Part shown: one piece after another, positions 36,630-47,322 of the stretch
Position numbering within the stretch: the first letter of the stretch is position 1
Layout of the letters: every line of letters starts with the position of its first letter
Source of the DNA: Acanthaster planci
Lineage: Eukaryota
Length of the DNA stretch: 64,000 nucleotides
Assembly: GCF_001949145.1 (NCBI RefSeq)
Contig: NW_019091356.1
Coordinates: 1,987,667-2,051,666, forward strand
Direction of reading: 5' to 3'
Notes under the pieces: generated by a model
The model's input: only the letters and a program-made list of their open reading frames with translations
What the model was told of the DNA's origin: nothing
Database searches by the model: none
Position numbers and translations under genes: made by a program

Positions 36630-39389
36630 GCCGGGCGGATCAACGGCGTGCTAAGCGCAATCATGGTATTGAAGGAAAACACTCGTGTGTCTCAAATGCA
36701 TACTATCGAACTAAACGGGAAATTTAATGCTGTACAAATATGCCATCGGATCAAACGGGAACATGACCCTGTGTGATCGCCCACGATCAATTACGGTAAT
36801 AATAACAGCTTGACAGAAAACGCCCCGTGGCAGGAATGACCTCCCAATTACAAAAGTGAAACTCAGGAATGTCTATTATTTTTGAAATGTGCGGCAGCGG
36901 TCAATGTGAGATCCACGGTTGGGTTGTGCGACACGAAAAGAGGCTAAGCAATATGGGGATGCACATGGGAATGCATTACGTACGGGAGCTAATACATCAG
37001 TCATTCACATTATCAAAAATCGTATCTGGACTCCGCAGAATTCTAAGCGAGAGGCCATGGAGACATCTTGGTGGTATTTTGTCCATTCTGTCCTTCGGAT
37101 TGAACGGTTTTTACTCAAAACATGGAGGAAAGAATGGGAGCAGTGATAACGATCTGATTAAAATCCAAGGAATGTCAAGAGTATCCGGGTGAGAAGGGAT
37201 TGGAATTGATTATAATATTGAGCGCAGCCTAACTAAGCACACAGTAATGGCTCTCCCAGCATCCAACATCAGTGTTCAAGTCTATTTCAGACCTGCGTAA
37301 ATGCAGAAAGTCATGTGTAAACTGAAGGGCGCGGTTAGAACGAAATTGAAAAGCCACTTGTGTAGCCTATACGATCCCGAAGAGATATGGAAGCAGAGCA
37401 AATATTCAAGGGACAAAATTGAGATCCACCAGCACTTAAAATCAAAACTAAACGAAACAAACAACCACTATCAATACCTCCAAATTTGTCCTAAAATTAA
37501 TTAATTAATGTTCCCCAAACTTCTTTTTTTCTCTCTCTCTTTATTTTTCAGTACCTCTACCTGCATTATCCTCGTGGAATCGAGGGTCTACAGAATTAAA
37601 ATCAGTCATGCGCAGACATTGGCAGTTTCCTTTTCGACCGAGTGGAGGATTGGAGATATCAGTGGCCTTCGACAAAAATTAACATGAATGCAATTACTAT
37701 TACAGGTTCGAAAATCGTTCACACTGAGCAGTCAGGTGGTTCCGTGAAACCATTTTTGATTTTATTAGTGGCTGTCACATAAGCGTGGTGTTAAATATGG
37801 CCCGTGGTCTTGCCAAACCCATTGATTGAAAAGTCACAGCTTCTGCAGTTTTCTTTCGGGTTAGAGGAAAATGTCATGAAAAGACAGGTCTCGGGGTGGA
37901 ATGAGGATATTGTGTCATTTCTTTTCTAGGAGACATCTGATTCTGTCTCATTTGGCCAACCATGCTTCACAGTTTTTCGCAGTCAGACCATGTCAGGTAT
38001 TTTCAAGGGCCAATTCGCTTCGTAATGGAAAAGGCTGGTTTATTAAGGTCGTTTCACTGAACATAGGGCCTATAAAGTGGCATGAATTTTCACCTGTAAA
38101 AACGACAAATGTAAACCAACCCGTTGCAGCGGCCGTGCTATTTCCGTCATTTTGACCTTTGGGAATTGAGAAAACATTAATATCCTGGCTCGGAGCGTAC
38201 ATTTCACCTGAAAGCAGCATTTACATTACAGCAAGTTGACAAAGAAACAAGTGCCTATTTTGTATTATGTCGCACAACATAACGCCACGCCGTCGAGGAA
38301 ATTTCCAGCAAACTTAAAGAGACATGCACTCGAGTAAAACATTTCGTGGTTTCTGAAAAATTCCACGTATTATTGCCGAGGAAGTGTTAAAGTCGATCGC
38401 AATAAAATATCAATTCTTGTATCCTGTGTGATAAAAAATCTAGCTTGCATTTTACGCAACTCAGTGTGAAAGACACTAACATCGCATTCCACGTATGCAT
38501 GATATCCCACCCAAACATCAATTTTAGGAGACTTTATAGGAGTAATTTAGGAGAAGTGTTATAATTGGGGTTTTCGAACTGTTTTAGATTGTCTTTAAAA
38601 TCTTTGATTTTGCCAATAGTTATGGCGATACAATCTCACTGACTGAAGTTTGAAGGATGCTGTCTGTTATAATGCCCCGTGAACGCGCGTCAAATTCCGC
38701 ATACTGCTAATATCATTATTCGCATAAATTTTTAAAAATGATATAATTTAATTTCCATCCCAGATTGTTCAATTCAGACCCTGATGGTTCCTCGAAATCA
38801 TCAGTGGTACCCGTGGTTTGCATTTGTTTGCAATGTTATGCCGAGACTCCGTTGCAGCAATATAGCAGCGAACAAAGACAAATTTCCCCGTTGGGGCGAG
38901 CCGTTCAACGCCAGCTCAACGATCGTAAGTCAGCGTTGCTCCACCCGCGCGTGAATTTTCATGCTCTAACATTCATGTGACTAAACACGACAGGTGCGAT
39001 TCTGCTCATGTTACCCTGCCTACATTTTGCCTATTTCTAATCAATGCACCAGTCTATACAGCCATTAAAAATCTTTGTAACTTTTCCTTTTCATTTAATT
39101 GACAGAATTCGCTGACAATTAAAAACTAATACTTAAAGTGGTAATAGATGTCGGGTTTGTGAAACCAGAAGCCAAAGGTTCCGTTACATGTCCTTTCAAA
39201 GATATATTTTCAACGAATATCAATCAAGAAATTCAAGTGCAAAAGAAAAGGCCAACCTTATGACTTATTTTATTGATCGCTCGAAATCATTTAATACTAT
39301 TATTTCTCTGATGCATCCGTTTAACATTCAAATTCTATACAAAAAAAGGTGAAAAAGTAATTTTAAGCCTTGTGAAAGTAAACAGGTTT

Positions 39390-39850
39390 ACTTACGTTTT
39401 GCTTTGACTAAAATATTTTCCAGAAAAAAAGGCCGCCAGAAGTGATCACGCTAGCTTCCTCTGGCCGTTTCTTCCAAGTAGCGCGAACAAGTACGGAGTT
39501 GCTACAAACGCTTCGACGCAAATTCAACGAGTCCGTTAGCCGGTGATACTGTTCCTATCCGTTTGGAGAGCGAAAGCGCGTGGCGGTGGTTTTTTCAGCG
39601 GCCAGCATTCTGATCCGGCAAATGTTACTACGTCACAAGCGGGCTCTTCCTGGTTCAAGGGAAGAACCGCAGTGTTAATTATAAACGAGGTACGTGCAAA
39701 ACTGCACGTAGGCCCGCGGTCATTTCAAAGTCTTCGATTGTTTATCATCGACAGCCAGTGACCGATTGTTTACGAAAATATGTTACGGAGAAACGTCAAA
39801 GCGACGAATATAGACCACAACCGTTTGTCACGAGCGGGCGTCCCCCGCCG
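39390..39850 (-). promoter_or_regulatory. Candidate promoter and non-coding exon 1 of the C15orf48-like gene, with an inverted HRE-like pair
   Basis: CpG-rich patch; minus-strand GTAAGT donor at 39395-39390; TACGTGC-N6-GCACGTA at 39691-39710. Confidence 0.4.
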
Positions 39851-41217
39851 GCATTTATTTTTAATGACCTTGGTCTAATTCTCTGGTTCTCTGGAAATCG
39901 GGCTTATGTTTTCCTTCATGTGTTTGATGTAGGCGTATGTAAACATTAACATTGGGGAATTTTGGTTGTCTTCCCGCAAGCTGAGTTATGAGAGAATAAA
40001 TCCTGGTAGACTTGCCACCAGTCCAGCCTGCAGTCTGGTTACAATGACTGACTACAAATTCCGATCTGTTCGTCAAACGCACTTTTGTTGACACTGTGGC
40101 AGTGCCCCTGAAGCCGGAAAAGAGCGGGTCCGGGGCCACCTGGGGCCATTCCCTCCCCGCCCCAACCCCAAAAAAGAGGAGACCATTTTTTTTTCAAGTA
40201 ATGAAAGGAAAAAAGAAGAAGTTTGTCTTTCATTCCCTTCCTCCGAAAAAAAGTATAACAAGCGCCAAATGAAGGCTCTTCGCTACGAAAGGCCGCGTCA
40301 TAATAGGCTACAAATTTTTGTACAATGAAGAAAAAAATCCGAACAGGTTGTCCTCCAAAACTAGCCCCTCGAACAAAAAAATAAAAACGCACAGTGTTTT
40401 ATAAAGGACTGCCGAACTTCTGTTGATTCAATCCGAACTCAACTGCTTCAGCTTTAAGTTGAGTTCATTAAAGTTGGAAGTTTCGTGACATTTCGCCAGG
40501 CAAAATTGTGTCCAATTGGTGCATCATGCATCTAGTCTCCATGGTCTAACGCTGGCAAAGCCGTGACCCGCTGCCCATCACCACGTGGTTTGGACGGCAA
40601 CTTTGGCACTCTGTCACTGCATTCTGAGCCAGTTCAGGACCGCAGCTGACGGATGGGGGTAGTAGGGGCACCTTTAAATCACTGAGCCCTCGTTGTGATG
40701 TCGTCTAACCCCTGATTACATCAATCACAATGTCATGTTTTGTAGGAGGTGTAATTCATGAAACAATTGATAATATTTGTAAAGCGTACTCCTTAGGAGT
40801 CGTAAATCTGCTTCTCTGGAAGAACTTGGCTTCTCACGAGATGTCAAAATTGGGAATGTTAAAATTCGACGTCCCAACCTGTAAGAAATGTTGGGGACCT
40901 CTATACACGAAGGTTCAGTTTAGAAACTGGGTTACGTTATTGATTAAGGCACGATTTGAATGGACTGTAGGCCTATCCTGTTGTGGTAACATTTTGCCAT
41001 GACTTTAATTGATATACTAATACTAAACGCTTAAGCATCTTTCGAACATGAGCAACCTCTTTAAAATTATGAATTCCCACAGCACGCGCATACAATCCGC
41101 TAAACTGCGCGCACCCCACAAACTGAGCCAACCCCGCCCCTTTCAGATGGTGGCGGCGCTGTTGATGTTTTATTCACGAGGAGGCAGGCGCTATACTTCA
41201 TTACTTCTTTTGGCAAC

Positions 41218-44200
41218 ATGGCGGGTGGAAGCGGGGGGCCACAAGCAATCGACCTGATGCAATTGGCGCTTCCTCAGCTGAATATGCTGAAGGAGGAGAT
41301 CGAACAGGTAACGTTATTCGAATAAGCATTAATAAATATTTCAGCATATTTTAAAAAGTAGGTTAATATTTCAACGTCACGCTTTAATTTTTGGTTCTCG
41401 GAAATGTTGCCTAGTTTCCGGACAGGAATTGACATGATTGATCGTGATGTTGCATGGGCCATGTAGGCGCGGCCTATAATTTAGTGATTTTCACATTGCA
41501 TGTAAGTGTAGCCGGGAGGGTTCGATACACAGACATCATTTGACACCATTTAAGAATTTGTGAGTAGTAGGCCCAGGCCAGTACTATAATTTGACTTCTA
41601 CATGTTCTAAATGATAGTAAATCTAAGCCTTAGGCTTTCTTTTTTGTCCATGTAATGCATGATGTTGGCCTATGGAACACTTTCCACATGGTCTAAGTCG
41701 ATTGTCACACGTCTATAATTGGGAGCCTTTTTTTCCCCTTGGAAAGAGTTTTTATGTCCTGCCTCAATGATTGTCAAGTTTCACAAGCACCAGTGTCACC
41801 AGACCAACATTGCCAATGTTTTAGACAAGGGGTTTCAAAAAGGGGAATCTTTTATTTTGGGGCGTCTTAGCAAGGAGAGGCTTTCATTCCCTTGGGGGAA
41901 GAGCAAAAGTACCATTTCTGACTCCTTTTAAAATTTATTTGTGTTTATGGAACAATAACACTGATAAACCAGATGCGGAACTCCTTGCGTGAAATTGTCA
42001 CCATTGAATCACTTCAGACTGGTGACAGGATGACTTACGTAGTAACGTTCACGATAGTGACTGACACAAGGGGACTCCTCCATTTATCATTTTACCAGGA
42101 GGTAGAGATGTTGCAGGGATCCCTCCAGCAGCTGAAGATGGCGCAAGGACGCTTTGTGGAGTCCACTGAAAGTCTGAGCAAGTTTGATCCCAAATCAGAG
42201 GGTATGTGTGCAGTAGTCTGGTTATAGTGACCCTCATTTGGTTTAACCCAGCATAATGCAGTTCTCCCAGTGCTTGTTGCATGGATAAAAAACACATAGT
42301 GGTTGATTTGCTTTGGTATGAATAAAAATGTAGCGTCTTTTTTGCCTTGCATCTTGAAAGGGATCAAAATTTCCATTGACGGCGTACGTACATTGCGCAC
42401 ACACTTGATCCGTTGAACAATCTGATTTCCAACACATTTTTATTCATTGGTTCTTTCTGACTCGGCACATGGGTAACCATTATTTGGCAGGTTTAAAAAA
42501 TGAGTAAAAAGAAAATACCAACCACACTTACATTTTGGGCATGCATTTTACCTAGGTACGTGTAGTTATTTGCCTTGTCACTTATATGCATTTCTCTCAT
42601 TTTTTTTTCTCTATGGCTGCATTTCAGGAAAAGAAATTCTGGTACCGCTTACAGCATCTGTATCCTTGGACAAAGAGAAACAAGACTCAATTGTGGGACT
42701 ACCAAATGCACTCGTTGTCATTAACCACTGCTGTAGTCGATACTTCCTAAGGCAGTGCCGAATAGCCAAATATTCCATTGATTGTCGAATATTTGAATGT
42801 TATTTTTCAAAATTGAATAGCCGTATGCAAATGCATGAAAAGGAAGGGAAAATTTTCTTTTGTTTTAAATGAGAAAAATTGCACTATGGAGGCTTGTTTC
42901 AAGCAGATTCAAATGAAAAGTGTCAGAAATCTTACAACGATATAAAAAGTAAACCATTCATTAAACAATTTAAAAGGAATAGAAATTTTCATCAGGGCAA
43001 GAAGTCTTGTTCATCTCTTAAATCTTGCTAAATTGTGGCTGAAGATACTCCTAGATGTGAGAAGCCATTATAGTGATTATAATGTACAATTGTGTGTGCT
43101 ATTGCAACTGATTTTGTATATGGTTTTGCTCATCAGTTTGCGGGTCGGGGTATCTGTATATTCAGATATTCAATCAAATTGAAGGTCAAATATTCGAATG
43201 GTGAATTATTCAAATTGACTCAGCCCTAATACTTCCTAAAAGATCATCACATCTTAAGACCCTCAGTCTAAATTCAAGTCACGGGCTATTCAAATGCACT
43301 GCAACAAAAGCATTCCTTTGGACCAGTGGACTGGACTAAAATATGATCAAATGCAGGTGCACTACCAACTTTTCCATTTTCTTCATGAAAGGACGGGAGT
43401 CATGAATGACATTGTGTTAAATATTGAACCTTGACTGTAAATCCCAGCTTTATATTCCTGGCAAGCTGAAAGACGTCAATAATGTTCTAATTGATATAGG
43501 CACCGGCTACTATGTAGAGAAGGTAAGTCTGAACTAGTAAGTAGACACCTTGGCACGACTGCACTGTTATTTCTACTTTCTCCTGCTCATTGTACTGTGG
43601 ATTGCATGGTTCCTCGCAAAACTGATATCTCGTTTGGCATACTGTGAACTTCCCCCAAAAAAAATCTACCGAAAGGCTTCACTAATGTGGCTCTTTCTAT
43701 GTTACTTACATTGTCGTTAAAAATCAACATCTCAGAGTTGTCTAAAATGTGAAAATAGTTACGTTGATTGTACATAGCGCCTTTTCTTTTGTAATTGTTG
43801 CTTTTGTGAATTGCAGTTGAAGTCATGGTCTTATTTATTCCTGTCCTAGAGACGGTTACGTGCCTTGAGCAGAAGCACCCCCTCGTCTGTTTAAGAATGC
43901 CATGTTGGTGGGGATTGGTTTTATTTTTTGGTTGGTAATGACGTGACTGTTACGCGTGCATTTCATATTCTTTCATGAACCAGCAAAGTGCAGCTCCCAC
44001 CAAAGGAGCCACCGTTGCTAGAAGAATTGCGCCCTCTCTTGGTCCGGTTGGGGTTCATAGAGTCAGAGTGTCACAATTAAATATTGCACAACTGCTGTGT
44101 TTTTTTTATCAATAACATCGCTGCTTTGTGGCAGACGTTACCCCAAGCCCAGGAGTACTTCAAGAGGAAGGTGGACTTTGTCACCAAGCAAATGGAGCGG

Positions 44201-44743
44201 GTACAGCCAGTATTGATAGAGAAATCAAAGATGAGACAAGGTAAAGATCATCCCTCTGACAGGCTAATTCAGCAACCTGTCTTCAACAGTACCATGCCAA
44301 ACAAAGATAATGTGGAGTTTTGCCCATTAAATGCACCACTGAATGCCTACTTGACCAGGAGTTGTTTGGAATTGAAAAATACACCAGTGCCTCAAGTTTC
44401 AGAATACATGACGCATGCCCTTTCAAGATGATACCATTTGAGTGATGTGCTCCTTGCATAAGTCTGTGTCCCCAACAAAACTTCCCTCACCTCAAAAATA
44501 CTAGAATTTCATCCCAAAAGCGTGGTGCTTTTAATAGCATTGAATGCGACATTTCTGTTACAAAATGCTTTGAACAGTGTCTTGCGTTACCGAACTATGT
44601 GATTTAAAATTCATCATATTTACGTCTCACTGGAGTTTGTGTCTTTTTTGGTGTCGTTTCTTGTTGCAGTTGTAACCGAGGTCATGAACATGAAGATTCA
44701 AGCGCAGATGTCCATGACACAAGGTCAAGGGGTCAAGTCGTAG
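41218..44743 (+). CDS. PFDN5: Prefoldin subunit 5, 159 aa
   Basis: Exons 41218-41307, 42099-42201, 42628-42659, 43448-43522, 44135-44240, 44670-44743 (480 nt). Motifs [52 protein letters not shown] box at ~41132; AATAAA at 45217. Confidence 0.96.
42660..43447 (+). other. U12-type (minor spliceosome) GT-AG intron, PFDN5 intron 3
   Basis: Donor GTATCCTT; branch-like CCTTGAC at 43429-43435, with the A 13 nt before the 3' end; no polypyrimidine tract. Confidence 0.9.
42748..43228. mobile_element. hAT-like MITE with 8-bp TSD inside the U12 intron
   Basis: ATACTTCC duplicated at 42740-42747 and 43229-43236; termini TAAGGCAG.. and ..CAGCCCTA; subterminal gaatatt/atattcgaat repeats. Confidence 0.75.
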
Positions 44744-45944
44744 CAACCTTTGGTCTTACCGTACTGTTCAGCCGTATTTTACTTTTTTGCGAGCATTGGA
44801 CGTCAGCAAGCAGCTTTGAGCCCCGGTTGTCTTGCCTTTGTCTGGTCATTTTGCTCATTCCTTGAGAGACCAGAGCAAGCTTTGGTGTGACAATCATTCA
44901 TCCAAAAGTCATAATTCCTCATGTTTTTAGTCTTGCAGTTCCTGCTCTTACCTGGCCCTGACAAGCCTAAATTTGATTTAGGATTGGCACCTGAAGCAGC
45001 TGTTGGAAATCAGCTGTTTGGCACAAACATCAGATGCGGAACTGTTTCACCTTGTGTCAGGCAATTTCTGCTGTTTTGTTTCTGTAATAGGGATATAATC
45101 AACTTGAAGCAAAGAACAGGTTGTGTACCTAGTGGTGTTATATGTGACTATCAGTACAGTGAAGAGGTAAAGAGTGAGACAGTATTTGGAAAGGAAAGTG
45201 TTAACAAAATGATGTAAATAAAAACTTCTTGATTAAGGCCGTTTTCCAAAATGGAAAAGTCACAGACTGTCCGCTAACTTTTCAGCACTAGATAAAAATG
45301 TGAAATATTTCAAAATAAAATATGAACACAAAGCTTGTAGAAACCGGAAAAAAATACATCCACAAAATTGGACCGACTAGGAGGATGAGATTGCAGAAAA
45401 AAGGGGGTTCTAGTCGGACTTGGTGATGTCTTGAGTATGTTACCTTTTGGTAAACATGCACCTGTTAATAAAAGTGGTGCAGTGGAGGAATGAATATAGG
45501 GGCGGAGCTAGGTCATTTAGGAGCTTGTTCACTCCTCGCCAGAAGTCCCTTGAAACGGCATGACGTTTTCAAGCCCAGGAGGTTCAGAGAAAGAGAAGGG
45601 AAGAAAAATGAAAGTAGAAGAGATTCCGTTTTTGTGAACACTGGAATGAGATGATTTTGTGAAGATTGGCACTGTCCCTGTCCAAATTTCTCTACTAAAT
45701 CGTACAGGTGTGGTTATTGTTTGTACATTAATTTTGACTGTGCGTTTGTATTTTGCAACAATAAAATGTAAAAGTGACACAACTGTTTCCGTGCTGTTAT
45801 TGCTCTTGGATTTGTGGTGAGATAAGCATAGGAAAAAGTTTCAAGGGTCAACACCACTGACTGACAAAAATCCTCGGCGTTTGTCCCGTTCAACAGTTAT
45901 TTCTCGGGTTTTTCTTCATTGCGTGTTGCAGGGGTAATGTTTAT

Positions 45945-46290
45945 AGCCAGTCAGGTTGCCAAGGTAGTTAGTTCTTTCCTCGCCTTGCGTTTCTGCGGCC
46001 CGGGTTCGTTCCTTGGCTCAGTCCGCATGTGGATTGTGTTTTCAGACCCTACCTGACTCCGTGGGTTTCACCCAGATTTTTGGGGGGGATTTCTCCCACC
46101 TGTAAACCATCTCCCAGCTCTTCTTATTGTCTCCTCTCCACAGATGTGAGTGGATGTAGGTCGTCTGACGGCTGCCGAGGCACCCTTGTATGCCATCGGC
46201 TCAACCACTTCTAAATGTCTTCATTGTACAGTGCATTTAAACATATCTATATGAAATTTGCGATTTATAAATGAGTAAATTATTATTTAC
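45945..46290 (+). mobile_element. Degenerate tRNA-derived SINE (V/Meta-domain-like)
   Basis: B-box-like ccgggttcgttcc; central catgtggatt..ccgtgggtttc..tttctcccac; AT-rich tail gcgatttataaat..attattatt. Confidence 0.6.
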
Positions 46291-47061
46291 TTGGATGTCA
46301 GTGATCTTATTTCACACAAAAGACCAGCACTCTGCACCCCTGCAGGGAACCAGTTTGTGATTGCACAGAGTCCGGCCTCTTATCTCAAGTAACCTGTTGA
46401 CCCATTTGTAAACCCACTAGCTACTGGTTTCTGTGATTGCTTTGTTGGGAACATATCATTTTGGTATTAAATATTCACTGACACAACAGTTGTGTTGTTA
46501 TAGAACAAATCGTGTATTGGTACACAAACATCAGACTAAAAGTCTTGTCCTCCTTGAAGGGGAAAGAACATGCCTTCAATGAACACCGAGCCATTTAGCT
46601 GATATATATCACTTTAAATCCTTAATAGTAGATTTTCGCGTATTTTGTAGGTCGAATAAACTTGATATGAGTTTGAAATTTAAATTTGGAAAACTTTATG
46701 GATTTCCCCCGTCCCTTTTTCAGTGGAGAGGTTTGAAAACTTTAATTGTAAACAACTTCTCCCCTTCATACGTAGTGACCGACTTTTTCCCCAAATACCC
46801 CGATGATTGGGCCTACTTTACTAATGTCATTTCGGTGAAAATGAAATCTGTATAAAAAACTTAAATTCTTAAAAATTATAAGCCTGCATTTGATGAGAAC
46901 CACTGTATGGGTTAATCATGCTGTCACGTTTTTTTTTTTAAAGTATGCCGTTTCTATTTAAAATTATTAAACCAGTTTGTTTTTATTTGCTGTGACGATA
47001 TTCATGGTCTTATCTCGAAGCCGAACGGTTTACCGTCTGACGCATATTTTCCAAATCCAGG

Positions 47062-47069
47062 TATAAAAG
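47062..47069 (+). promoter_or_regulatory. Candidate TATA box of KIF28
   Basis: TATAAAAG ~260 nt upstream of the ATG. Confidence 0.3.
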
Positions 47070-47322
47070 GCCGAGCAAATAAAGGTCATGCCTTAACAAT
47101 TACGCAGCTAATGGATGGCGTTCATTGCTTGGAAACCGGCTGTCAACTATCAACACTTTCGCCCCATGTGATTATTGATCGGGATAATCCAAGATGGCTT
47201 CTCTATTGTAACTGCGTTGGTGCTGTATTATTTGGGCCGATTTTGCCAGGATTTTACCGACGGAGTAGCTGCTTTCGAGGCCTAGGAAGGACTTTCGCTG
47301 GAGGAGATTTTTGGGAAGCAGC

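Noticed and set aside
36975..37000. rRNA-like words (gagctaatacat)
   Set aside because: Only ~12 nt of similarity to 18S; the flanks do not continue.
44741..44890. PFDN5 stop-codon readthrough (TAG CAA, 48 open codons follow)
   Set aside because: The context is TAG CAA CCT, not the full CARYYA motif, and an open stretch of this length can arise by chance.
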